From Eledone cirrhosa (Eukaryota): DNA of 64,000 nucleotides. The notes below the pieces were generated by a model. The model ran no database searches and was not told where the DNA came from. It was given only the letters and a program-made list of their open reading frames with translations. The stretch lies in contig OZ024743.1 in assembly GCA_964016885.1 (NCBI GenBank), positions 50,344,001 to 50,408,000 on the forward strand. The letters run 5' to 3'. A program made the position numbers and the translations under genes. Below are positions 19,401 through 32,822 of this stretch, piece by piece. The stretch's first letter is position 1, and every line of letters starts with the position of its first letter.

Positions 19401-22400
19401 CAATATTATATATATTGTAGAAACATTATATATATTGTAGCAACATTATATATATTGTAGCAATATTATATATATTGTAGCAATATTATATATATTGTAG
19501 CAATATATATATTCTAGCAATATTATATATATATTGTAGCAATATTATATATATTGTAGCAATATTATATATATTTTAGCAATATTATATATATTGTAGC
19601 AATATTATATATATTGTAGCAATATTATATATATTGTAGCAATATTATATATATTGTAGCAATATTATATATATTGTAGCAACATTATATATATTCTAGC
19701 AATATTATATATATTGTAGCAATATTATATATATTGTAGCAATATTATATATATTGTAGCAATATTATATATATTGTAGCAACATTATATATATTGTAGC
19801 AATATTATATATATTGTAGCAATATTATATATATTCTAGCAATATTATATATATTGTAGCAACATTATATATATTGTAGCAATATTATATATATTGTAAC
19901 AATATTATATATATTGTAGCAATATTATATATATTGTAGCAACATTATATATATTGTAGCAATATTATATATATTGTAGCAACATTATATATATTGTAGC
20001 AATATTATATATATTGTAGCAACATTATATATATTGTAGCAATATTATATATATTGTAGCAATATTATATATATTGTAGCAACATTATATATATTGTAGC
20101 AACATTATATATATTGTAGCAACATTATATATATTCTAGCAATATTATATATATTGTAGCAATATTATATTGTAACAATATTATATATATTGTAGCAATA
20201 TTATATATATTGTAACAATATTATATATATTCTAGCAACATTATATATATTGTAGCAACATTATATATATTGTAGCAATATTATATATATTGTAACAATA
20301 TTATATATTGTAGCAATATTATATATATTGTAGCAATATTATATATATTGTAACAATATTATATATATTGTAGCAATATTATATATATTGTGGCAATATT
20401 ATATATATATTGTAGCAATATTATATATATTGTAGCAATATTATATATATTGTAGCAATATTATATATATTGTAGCAATATTATATATATTCTAGCAATA
20501 TTATATATATTGTAGCAATATTATATTGTAGCAATATTATATATATTGTAGCAATATTATATATATTGTAGCAATATTATATATATTGTAGCAATATTAT
20601 ATATATTGTAGCAATATTATATATATTCTAGCAATATTATATATATTCTAGCAATATTATATATATTGTAGCAATATTATATTGTAGCAATATTATATAT
20701 ATTGTAGCAATATTATATATATTGTAGCAATATTATATATATTGTAGCAATATTATTTGTAGCAATATTATATATATTCTAGCAATATTATATATATTGT
20801 AGCAATATTATATATATTGTAGCAATATTATATATATTGTAGCAATATTATATATATTGTAACAATATTATATATATTGTAGCAATATTATATATATATT
20901 GTAGCAATATTATATATATTGTAGCAATATTATATATATTCTAGCAATATTATATATATTTCGGCAATATTATATTGTAGCAATATTATATATATTGTAG
21001 CAACATTATATATATTCTAGCAATATTATATATATTGTAGCAATATTATATTGTAGCAATATTATATATATTCTAGCAATATTATATATATTCTAGCAAT
21101 ATTATATATATTGTAACAATATTATATATATTGTAGCAATATTATATATATTGTAGCAATATTATATTGTAGCAATATTATATATAATGTAGCAATATTA
21201 TATATATTGTAGCAATATTATATATATTGTAGCAATATTATATATATTGTAGCAATATTATATATATTGTAGCAATATATATATTCTAGCAATATTATAT
21301 ATATTGTAGCAATATATATATTCTAGCAATATTATATATATTGTAGAAACATTATATATATTGTAGCAACATTATATATATTGTAGCAATATTATATATA
21401 TTGTAGCAATATTATATATATTGTAGCAATATATATATTCTAGCAATATTATATATATATTGTAGCAATATTATATATATTGTAGCAATATTATATATAT
21501 TTTAGCAATATTATATATATTGTAGCAATATTATATATATTGTAGCAATATTATATATATTGTAGCAATATTATATATATTGTAGCAATATTATATATAT
21601 TGTAGCAACATTATATATATTCTAGCAATATTATATATATTGTAGCAATATTATATATATTGTAGCAATATTATATATATTGTAGCAATATTATATATAT
21701 TGTAGCAACATTATATATATTGTAGCAATATTATATATATTGTAGCAATATTATATATATTCTAGCAATATTATATATATTGTAGCAACATTATATATAT
21801 TGTAGCAATATTATATATATTGTAACAATATTATATATATTGTAGCAATATTATATATATTGTAGCAACATTATATATATTGTAGCAATATTATATATAT
21901 TGTAGCAACATTATATATATTGTAGCAATATTATATATATTGTAGCAACATTATATATATTGTAGCAATATTATATATATTGTAGCAATATTATATATAT
22001 TGTAGCAACATTATATATATTGTAGCAACATTATATATATTGTAGCAACATTATATATATTCTAGCAATATTATATATATTGTAGCAATATTATATTGTA
22101 ACAATATTATATATATTGTAGCAATATTATATATATTGTAACAATATTATATATATTCTAGCAACATTATATATATTGTAGCAACATTATATATATTGTA
22201 GCAATATTATATATATTGTAACAATATTATATATTGTAGCAATATTATATATATTGTAGCAATATTATATATATTGTAACAATATTATATATATATTGTA
22301 GCAATATTATATATATTGTGGCAATATTATATATATATTGTAGCAATATTATATATATTGTAGCAATATTATATATATTGTAGCAATATTATATATATTG

Positions 22401-23086
22401 TAGCAATATTCTATATATTCTAGCAATATTATATATATTGTAGCAATATTATATTGTAGCAATATTATATATATTGTAGCAATATTATATATATTGTAGC
22501 AATATTATATATATTGTAGCAATATTATATATATTGTAGCAATATTATATATATTCTAGCAATATTATATATATTCTAGCAATATTATATATATTGTAGC
22601 AATATTATATTGTAGCAATATTATATATATTGTAGCAATATTATATATATTGTAGCAATATTATATATATTGTAGCAATATTATTTGTAGCAATATTATA
22701 TATATTCTAGCAATATTATATATATTGTAGCAATATTATATTGTAGCAATATTATATATATTGTAGCAATATTATATATATTGTAGCAATATTATATATA
22801 TTGTAGCAACATTATATATATTGTAGCAACATTATATATATTCTAGCCTATATTATATATATTGTAGCAATATTATATATATTGTAGCAATATTATATAT
22901 ATTCTAGCAATATTATATATATTGTAGCAATATTATATATATTGTAGCAACATTATATATATTGTAGCAATATTATATATATTGTAGCAACATTATATAT
23001 ATTGTAGCAATATTATATATATTGTAGCAACATTATATATATTGTAGCAACATTATATATATTGTAGCAACATTATATATATTGTA

Positions 23087-23276
23087 TCGGTGAATTGGCA
23101 GTATCGGTAGAGGGTCGGACGCCATGCTTTGACGCATAGAGTTACGGCCCTTGCCATTCTGAGTTCAAATCCCGCCGAGGTTAACTTTGCCTTTCATCCT
23201 TACGGGGTCGATAAAATAAAGTACCAGTAATACACTGGGAAATTGCTGGCCTTGTGCCAAAAGTAGAAACAATTAT
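23087..23276 (+). mobile_element. Same SINE as 13298, duplicated together with its satellite flanks
   Basis: One visible difference from the 13298 copy (AAAGTAAAAAC vs AAAGTAGAAAC), same junctions, 9789-bp offset. Confidence 0.93.
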
Positions 23277-24698
23277 ATATATTGTAGCAATATTATATAT
23301 ATTGTAGCAACATTATATATATTGTAGCAACATTATATATATTGTAGCAACATTATATATATTGTAGCAATATTATATATATTGTAGCAATATTATACAT
23401 ATTGTAGCAATATATATATTCTAGCAATATTATATATATTGTAGCAATATATATATTCTAGCAATATTATATATATTGTAGAAACATTATATATATTGTA
23501 GCAACATTATATATATTGTAGCAATATTATATATATTGTAGCAATATTATATATATTGTAGCAATATATATATTCTAGCAATATTATATATATTGTAGCA
23601 ACATTATATATTTTGTAGCAACATTATATATATTGTAGCAATATATATATTCTAGCAATATTATATATATAGTAGCAATATTATATATATTGTAGCAATA
23701 TTATATATATTGTAGCAATATTATATATATTGTAACAATATTATATATATTGTAGCAATATTATATATATTCTAGCAATATTATATATATTTCGGCAATA
23801 TTATATTGTAGCAATATTATATATATTGTAGCAACATTATATATATTCTAGCACTATTATATATATTGTAGCAATATTATATTGTAGCAATATTATATAT
23901 ATTCTAGCAATATTATATATATTCTTGCAATATTATATATATTGTAACAATATTATATATATTGTAGCAATATTATATATATTGTAGCAATATTATATTG
24001 TAGCAATATTATATATAATGTAGCAATATTATATATATTGTAGCAATATTATATATATTGTAGCAATATTATATATATTGTAGCAATATTATATATATTG
24101 TAGCAATATTATATATATTGTAGCACTATTATATATATTGTAGGAATATTATATATATTGTAGCAATATTATATATATTGTAGCAATATTATATATATTG
24201 TAGCAATATTATATATATTGTAACAATATTATATATATTGTAGCAATATTATATATATCCTAGCAATATTATATATATTGTAGCAATATTATATTGTAGC
24301 AATATTATATATATTGTAGCAACATTATATATATTGTAGCAACATTATATATATTGTAGCAATATTATATATATTGTAGCAATATTATATATATTGTAGC
24401 AATATTATATATATTGTAGCAATATTATATATATTGTAGCAACATTATATATATTGTAGCAATATTATATTGTAGCAACATTATATATATTGAACAACAT
24501 TATATATATTGTAGCAACATTATATATATTGTAGCAACATTATATATATTGTAGCAATATTATATATATTGTAGCAACATTATATATATTGTAGCAATAT
24601 TATATATATTGTAGCAACATTATATATATTCTAGCAACATTATATATATTGTAGCAATATTATATATACTTTAGCAACATTATATATATTTTAGCAAC

Positions 24699-24887
24699 GG
24701 CGGTGGATTGGCAGTATCGGTAGAGGGTCGGACGCCATGCTTTCCAGCATAGTTACGTCCCTTTACGATCTGAGTTCAAATCCCGTCGAGGTTGACTTTG
24801 CCTTTCATCCTTACGTGGTCGATAGAATAAAGTACCAGTAATGCACTGGGTAATTGCTGGCCTTGTGCCTAAAGTAGAAACAATTAT
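24699..24887 (+). mobile_element. tRNA-derived SINE, independent insertion near the satellite edge
   Basis: Same family with different diagnostic bases. 20-bp TSD ATTATATATATTTTAGCAAC at 24679-24698 and 24883-24902. Confidence 0.92.
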
Positions 24888-24996
24888 ATATATTTTAGCA
24901 ACATTATATATATTTTAGCAATATTATATTGTAGCAACATTATATAAAGTTATTGTTTCTTCGTGATATATGATAGACTAGGTAGCTGATGCTACA

Positions 24997-25051
<55 letters not shown>

Positions 25052-25076
25052 TACACACACATACACACACACACAC

Positions 25077-25127
<51 letters not shown>

Positions 25128-25162
25128 TGACTTGCATTTCTTGCTTGGTCTCTCGTATCAGC

Positions 25163-25217
<55 letters not shown>

Positions 25218-25817
25218 GGCTGATACCAAGAAATGCAAGTCATTAATATAGATTGATTATTGTAAAGGCCATAAACAAAGTAAGTCTCCGATTTAGATTT
25301 TCATAACGGAAGCGATTAACAAACAATTTCTTAGCGAAGCAGTTTCCAATTTCTCTTCGCGCAGCTTCGCTTCCATTGTTGTACACCGGAAGTATTGTCG
25401 TGCCTAGATTCCAATAACAGAAAGCTCGATAACTTTGGATATTCATCGAATAAACAGACAATGAACAACAGTTAAAACAAAAGATAAACCTACAAAGAAA
25501 TAGAATTTCCTCGAGGAATTTTCTTCGAATGAGAACCGAGTGACATTCCAAACACGAAAGAATTGATTCTAAAGAATGTGTAGCTGTGACTTTTCGCTTC
25601 AATTGTTGCTATTTCCGATTGAAATATTCCAACTGCGACATCATTGGAACTATTTTCCCAACTCTTAAAATTGAAACGTCAAATATTTAACTTTCAAACA
25701 ATGTCTTTATCTCACCCATTTCTCCCTATTTTCTTTCTCTCTCTTTCTTTCGCTCTCACTCTATCTTTTTCTCTCTCTGTCTTTCCGTCTCTCTCTCTCT
25801 CTATCTATCTATCTATA

Positions 25818-26057
<240 letters not shown>

Positions 26058-26144
26058 GGAGAGGGATAGAGAGAGATCCTGAGTCAAATCGGGTGTAACC
26101 ACAGGCTACATTAGTAGGGTATGAACATCATTATTTAATATAAA

Positions 26145-26336
26145 GGGCGGTGGATTGGTAGTATCGGTAGAGGGTCAGACGTCATGCTTTGACGCATAGA
26201 GTTACGGCCCTTTCCATTCTGAGTTCAAATCCCGCCGAGGTCAACTTTGTCTTTCATCCTTACGGGGTCGATAAAATAAAGTACCAGTAATGTACTGGGT
26301 AATTGCTGGCCTTGTGCCAAAAGTAGAAACAATTAT
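26145..26336 (+). mobile_element. Full-length tRNA-derived SINE
   Basis: Same family as 13298. TSD ATTATTTAATATA at 26130-26142 and 26332-26344. Confidence 0.92.
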
Positions 26337-26408
26337 TTAATATACAGATGGAGGGCTAGAACAGTTTGATTCGTATGAAATATCAAGAATGAAACAGTTC
26401 TAATCATT

Positions 26409-26522
<114 letters not shown>

Positions 26523-26542
26523 TGTGTGTGTATGTGTGCATA

Positions 26543-26591
<49 letters not shown>

Positions 26592-27214
26592 TTTTATTCT
26601 TTTCAGGTTATGGCTACTGTCGCTCAGAGAGTGGAATTGGCTCAGTACACAGTCTTTCCTCACTTAAAAAAAATCTCTTCACGCACAGGCATTGCAGGAT
26701 AGGATTAATTAATAATTATTAATAATGATATATCGTGCAATGGCCATACTCGATAACGAGGGGGCAGCGATCATCATCATTTATGTATGTATAATGAAAA
26801 TATCGGTATATAAAAAAGGTATAGCGACTTGCTGTGCAATAACCCCTCTATATAAAGACGATAATATTTCCGAAAATATTGTTATTGGTACAACAATTGT
26901 TGTTATTGGTACAATAATTTAGCTATCTTATACAAAAGACATATAGAGAATAAAGAACAATATTACTTTATATTAGCAATATACAGTTCTACTCCAAGCC
27001 CAGTCAGCCGCCGCTGTTTCTGGGTCCGAACAAACGTAATAATCACCATAATTAAATAGATAATTACCTCGTTATGATAAAAACTTTCATTAGTGAGTCA
27101 ATCTTAATTAATCAATCAATAAATTAATTAATTAATTAATTAACGAATTAACTAAATATACAAGACATCAACTGTCCATGAATTGAGCAACCCTATATAT
27201 ATATATATATATAT

Positions 27215-27406
27215 ATAGGAACGAGTAGGACCCCGACGGCTGAGCTCAAGCCGTTTCGACGGCTAATTCTGGACGGAATTAGCCGTCAAAACGGCTTGAG
27301 CTCAGCCGTCGGGGTCCTACTCGTTCCTATTACCCACTCTACTACCCTAAGTATTGAGTACTTTGGTGCGTTATGGTCCACCTGGTTCCTTACCACATTT
27401 CCTTCG

Positions 27407-27408
<2 letters not shown>
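27215..27408 (+). mobile_element. Fold-back PLE-type terminal fragment (family A) in (TA)n
   Basis: 55-bp inverted arms at 27215-27269 and 27276-27330. Diverged homologues at 28333-28500 (-) and 48613-48652 (-). Confidence 0.7.
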
Positions 27409-27463
<55 letters not shown>

Positions 27464-27466
27464 CAT

Positions 27467-28282
27467 ACGGGTTAACAGGTTATCGTTATAGGCAGTCCAC
27501 TTAGAGGTAGTCCAGTTAGAGTACTCCGTGTAGTGGATAGTATTAACGTGTCGCTTAGTTTGACTCAACAAGACGTTTCCATAGTGATGCTGCGAGTTCG
27601 CGGTGATTTCTATGTAGTTTATACTTAGAGTAATAATAATTCAAGAAAGAAGAGTGACATGGTTCGCTATACAATAAGGGCTTTATTCACATTGCTGACA
27701 ATTGTTTCTTTGATCTGGTAGGTCTAGAGTTCTCTACTCGCCTGATTTTGCGTCAATCGATCTCCAATACTTTGTTTATAACCAGTCGTTTTCATCAGAG
27801 CAGGCGAAATGAAGAAGATACACAAGGCATGGCTTTTATATAGGAGTGGTACTAAACCAGAACAATAATATCAATAATAACATAAAATAACTAGATAGCA
27901 AATAGTTAAAATAATAACATCAATATAAGTAAGAAATAGAGTATAATGATGAATCTAGCATGTTAAACAAACTGATATGATACAGATGTATGAAATTGAC
28001 ATGTGCAAACTGCTATAGCGTACATTAGATATAGTGTTAAGGTGGCGACGAGATAACAGTAACCACTAAAATGTACTTGGAGACAGGATTTATGAGGTAT
28101 CTGCTTTCCTGTAGGTATGCTGGCAATAAACCGGAGATTTACTTATTGATTGACAGATAAACATTTGTCAAACAATAAGTAAATCTCCGGTTTATTGCCA
28201 GCATACCTACAGCATAGCAGATACCTCATAAATCCTGTCTCCAAGTACAAAAATCCTTTTTTTAATGCTTACCTGTGTTTTC

Positions 28283-28288
<6 letters not shown>
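27467..28288 (-). mobile_element. Non-coding PLE-type element (family B), copy 1, ending in an 84-bp fold-back
   Basis: About 700 bp are highly similar to 48681-49372 and both start at the same (TA)n junction. Inverted arms at 28072-28155 and 28166-28249. Confidence 0.75.
27693..27802 (-). ncRNA. Type I hammerhead ribozyme candidate with an 83-nt domain II
   Basis: Minus strand reads TGCT-CTGATGA-[83 nt, including CTGGT/ACCAG]-GAAAC-AATT-GTC-AGCA. Stem III is palindromic (ACAATTGT). Confidence 0.6.
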
Positions 28289-28332
<44 letters not shown>

Positions 28333-28338
<6 letters not shown>

Positions 28339-28500
28339 ATGGAGGAGGTAAAAACCAGTTAGACCATTACTCACCAGAGTACTCGATACTTGAGGTAGTA
28401 GAGTGGGTAATATGAAAAATTCAGGACCCCGACGGCTGAGCTCTTGCCGTTGTTTCAACAGTCCGGAACTATCTGTTGAAACGGTAAGAGCCTTGTCGTT
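28333..28500 (-). mobile_element. Diverged family A terminal fragment with a short fold-back
   Basis: Reverse complement aligns to 27290-27408 (GAGCTCAGCCGTCGGGGTCC...TATTACCCACTCTACTAC). Hairpin GTTTCAACAG/CTGTTGAAAC. Confidence 0.65.
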
Positions 28501-29431
28501 TTAGTCTTTCCACCATGATGTTTCCATATCAGCGTCTCTAGAATATATGAATATTATCCAGAGTTCTATTGCCACATAACTATGTTTCTAAGTCCAGTAT
28601 CAAGAAACTATTTGAAAATCTTTATTGTGTAGAGATTATAGAAATGATATCGATATTCAATTATTGTTATAGATCAAATTGAATTCCACATCGATCACTT
28701 TAACGTAAATTAATGTCAATTCCCCATTGATCACTTTAACGTGATGTCACAAATGAGAGCAGATTGAACCACAGAAATTTAATGATGAAATTGTTTTCAC
28801 TTTATCCAGCTTAGCAAATATTTCGTGTCTTTTGGTTTTAAAAGGGAATTTTTCTTGTAATAGAAATCCTGAAAATACTGGGAAGTTTAGAGAAAGTTAG
28901 GTGGAAGAAACTAAATTCAAGCTGTCCAAAGAGCAATAAAGAATTCTCATCGCAGACATAAAATGAAATAAATTATCATGTGCGATTAACTAAAACAAAT
29001 TTAACTCTCTTTAGTTGAAATTGTTTTTTAGCTTGGCGTAATTAGTTCAGCGACAAAGATAAATGTTTTCTCACCTTATCAGTTAGACTGATCTTAAATC
29101 GACATTTTTTCTCTTCCCTCGCCTTTTTTCTCTTCTCCAAAACACGATGTTCTGATAAGATATTAGGAAGGTTGGTGGTTGTATAAAATTAATTTTACCA
29201 GCTAGACAAGACTGAAATCTATAACATTTCAATGGACATAACAAAATAGGCAAGTTTATTCCTGTAACTCACATAGCTGTAGTTTTAGTTTTAATACAGT
29301 CGATGTTATTATAAAACAAATGTTTTGACTGCTGTTTATCAACAAACAAAAACTAATTGTTTCACCGGTGAAAGGGTTTATGTTTGGATAAAATGGTTTG
29401 TTTTCTCTTTCTCTCTCTCTCTCCTTCTCTC

Positions 29432-29507
<76 letters not shown>

Positions 29508-29626
29508 ATGTATATATACGTGTGCGTGTGCGTGCATGCGTACGCGTATGTATATGTTATGTTTATGTGTGCCTGTGTGTGTGTGTGTGTGGTTACTTTA
29601 TCTATCTAACTAGCTATTATTAATTA

Positions 29627-29710
29627 CATCCTTACGGGGTCGATAAAATAAAGTACCAGTAATACACTGCGATTATTGCTGGCCTTGTGCCAAAAGTAGA
29701 AACAATTATT
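29627..29710 (+). mobile_element. 5'-truncated SINE
   Basis: CATCCTTACGGGGTCGATAAAATAAAGTACCAG...GTAGAAACAATTATT. Confidence 0.88.
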
Positions 29711-29877
29711 TACATCTATGTAGTTATTTACCTTCTCTGTATTCACCTTCTAGCCTATCTCTCTGTCTCACCCCCCCTTCTCTCTCTTTCTATTTCTCAC
29801 ACTCCCCCTTCTCTCTCTCTCTTCTCTCTCTCTCCCCCTTCTCTCTCTTCACTCCCTCTTCTCTCTCTTTCACTCCC

Positions 29878-29933
<56 letters not shown>

Positions 29934-30473
29934 AACCTCATCCTTTCCACATCCTCAACAATGTAATGTCACTAAAATTGTTCAACTAAGATGCCGCCAT
30001 CTTTATTTCACACCTTCAGCCATCTTGAATCTTTAGTTTTCTCCTTTCTCCGGCTTCTCCGTCTTCATTAGCTTCTTCTTACAACTTTAACTTTTTCACT
30101 TTTACTTTTTTTTATTTTTTCAAATCCAGATAATTTAGTGTGAAAATCCTATTTCGTGGTGTCAGCCATATGTAAAAATACCACAACACGACACGACATT
30201 CGTGAGCTGTAAAAGTTATACGAGTCATTTGGTTCTTTTGTTTTGTATTTTTTGTTGTTTCACCCCCACCCCCTCTGCCGTCTGACAATTTCTTGTGTCG
30301 TGAAAGAGAAACGCCAACACCAAATTGCTTCTAACATTACATTTTTTATAAAAAATAAAAATAAAAATACTAACAATGGTTTCACATTTAGGCACAAAGC
30401 CAACAATTTTGGGGAAGGGGAAAGTCGATTAAATCGATCCCAGTGCGTTACTGGTTTTCAACTAATTCAAATA

Positions 30474-30655
30474 ATAATTGTTTCTACTTTTGGCACAAGG
30501 CCAGCAATTATCCAGTACATTAGTGGTACTTTATTTTATCGACCCCGTAAGGATGAAAAGCAAAGTTAACCTCGGCGGGATTTGAACTCAGACCGTAAAG
30601 GGACGTAACTCTTTTCTGCAAAGCATGGCGTCCGACCCTCTACCGATACTGCCAA
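30474..30655 (-). mobile_element. tRNA-derived SINE on the minus strand, next to an older SINE 3' fragment at ~30380-30455
   Basis: Reverse complement of the 13298 family. Confidence 0.9.
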
Positions 30656-30935
30656 AGATGTAATTTTATTGTGACTATTATTCACAGGCAAACTGGTGGC
30701 AATGGCGAATGATGTTGTGTGGTGGGCAGAAAGGACGAAACAAAAACATTCACATTCACTGATCAATTCCTCATCAACCTTTTCAAGTTTCATTTGGAAA
30801 GGAAGGTGTGAGTGTTAAGGGAAGTGCTGCCTCTAGTGTATTTGTTAAAAGGTATGTAAATGTAATGAGAATGGCCCATGTGAATGGGTCTACTCTAAGC
30901 ATGCGCCAGTAGGCTGGAGAGAATATTTGAGGGAA

Positions 30936-31510
30936 TTCTTCTTCTTCTTCTTCTTCTTCTTCTTCTTCTTCTTCTTCTTCTTCTTCTTCTTCTTCTTCTT
31001 CTTCTTCTTCTTCTTCTTCTTCTTCTTGAAAGGGTCGTGGGAGCAGAGTCCTCAGACACGATTTTCTAAGGGTCGTCTCAAAAGCAGCTGTCTCAAATTG
31101 ATTTGGTTGAATCTCTAAATGAGACCAACCGAGTTTATGGATGTCATGCAACCATCTTGCTCGTGGTCTACCTCTGGGTCTCCTACCAGTTAGCTTTACT
31201 CGTAAAATCTGTCCAGCGATTCTTTCCTTAAACATTCTAACCCATGTCCATAGAACCGGAGCTATGATCTCTCGATTCCGATTAGTGGTGGCTCTACCTG
31301 GAGCGACTTCCTTACCACTGAGCTACGCACTCTATCATGTAACTCAAAAGACCCTTTGAAGGCCTCATTTCGGTTGCTTCTCTTCGGGGTTGTATTATTT
31401 CGGTCATTGTCAAAGGTCCATGACAATAGGTAAGGATGGGCACAAACACTGAAATGAAGGTAATCAGTTTACACCTACCGCCCTTCTGATGACCGAAGCT
31501 AGCGCATTAT
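30936..31510 (-). mobile_element. 3' end of an RTE-clade LINE (Rex3/Expander-like) with a (GAA)~30 tail, degenerate
   Basis: Peptides SVFVPILTYCHG..MTE and GRRPRGRPRARWLHDI...LLPRP match the RTE C-terminus. The poly-E in ORF 30783..31235 is the translated tail. Confidence 0.85.
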
Positions 31511-31643
31511 GGTAATGGTTGTGGTGTTGGTGGTAGTAGTTGTGGTGTTGGTGGTAGTGGTTGTAGAGTTGGTAGTGATTGTGGTGTTGGTGGTAATGGT
31601 TGTGGTGTTGGTGGTAGTGGTTGTGGTGTTGGTGGTAGTGGTT
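31510..31643. repeat. 21-bp GT-rich minisatellite (GGTAGTGGTTGTGGTGTTGGT)
   Basis: About 6 tandem copies. Confidence 0.8.
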
Positions 31644-31829
31644 GTGAATTGGCAGTATCAGTAGAGGGTCGGATGCCATGCTTTCCAGCATAGTTACGCC
31701 CCTTTACGGTCTGAGTTCAAATCCTGTCGAGGTTAACTTTGCCTTTCATCCCTACGGGGTCGATAAAATAAGGTACCAATAATGCACTTGGTAATTTCTG
31801 GCCTTGTGCCAAAAGTAGCAACAATTATT
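31644..31829 (+). mobile_element. tRNA-derived SINE
   Basis: Same family as 13298. Ends AAAAGTAGCAACAATTATT. Confidence 0.9.
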
Positions 31830-32040
31830 GTATTTTGGTGGGGATTCTGTTGTTATTTGTTACCATGTATTCATGTGCATTTATACAAGAATAGTAGCAT
31901 CTTTCTAAATAACTTTACTGAAAAGGGGAAACAAGAAGTAAGGTGTCTTGACTATTGAACATGAAGTTTCAAGTCAGCTTTTATCGAGCAGATATATGAT
32001 CAAAGGAGTTCCTAATTTGATCTTTAGATCAGTAACACAG

Positions 32041-32343
32041 ACATATGTACACCAGGTCCGAACACAGAGGAGTCAAACTCCCACTATCGTCACCTCTGTC
32101 TCTCTCACCCTCCCCATCACACATGTACACCAGGTCCGAACACAGAGGAGTCAAACTCCCACTATCGTCACCTCTGTCTCTCCCGCCCTCCCCATCACAC
32201 ATGTACACCAGATCCGAACACAGAGGAGCCAAACTCCCACTATCATCACCTCTGTCTCTCTCACCCTCCCCATCACACATGTACACCAAGTCCGAACACA
32301 GAGGAGCCAAACTCCGACTAGCATCACCTCTGTCTCTCCCCAT
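32041..32343. repeat. 78-bp minisatellite, about 4 copies
   Basis: Units start at 32041, 32119, 32197 and 32275. This explains the repetitive ORFs in several frames. Confidence 0.93.
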
Positions 32344-32600
32344 TTCATATGTTTCCACGTCTCTATGTAAATCTTAACTCTCCCTCTATATAGTATTGTC
32401 CTCAATGTTCTCGGTCTCAGTAGAAAATATAGAAATTATTATTTACAAGCAACGAAAGTGGATCACAACAAAGATTTCAAGATGGCGGACGATTTCGTCT
32501 GCCTATACCGAAAACTTGCCTTCTTATTTAATCGATAAATAATTAGCTATGCATCGTAATCAACTTCTTTTTGTATGAAGCATTGATTTCTCTCTCCAAC

Positions 32601-32697
<97 letters not shown>

Positions 32698-32701
32698 GGT
32701 G

Positions 32702-32732
<31 letters not shown>

Positions 32733-32733
32733 T

Positions 32734-32822
<89 letters not shown>

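Larger units (their letters stand above)
1..24946. repeat. 20-bp AT-rich satellite array, consensus TTGTAGCAA(T/C)ATTATATATA, running off the left edge of the window
   Basis: Continuous tandem monomers with recurrent variants (TTCTAG, GTAACA, GTAGAAAC, GTGGCA, TTCGGC, CTAGCCT) and length variants. Interrupted only by three SINEs. Confidence 0.99.

Noticed and set aside
26590-26702. Polypyrimidine tract plus CAG followed by an open frame (possible exon)
   Set aside because: No clear donor site, recognisable domain or partner exons.
26788-26890. Long hairpin between ATAATGA and GAAA resembling an expanded hammerhead
   Set aside because: Two core mismatches and no convincing stems I or III.
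27564-27632. Possible second hammerhead in family B (CATAG/CTATG-GAAACGTC-TTG, minus strand)
   Set aside because: No CUGANGA-like box in either copy.
31948-32405. Overlapping 84-140 aa ORFs
   Set aside because: Explained by the 78-bp tandem repeat.
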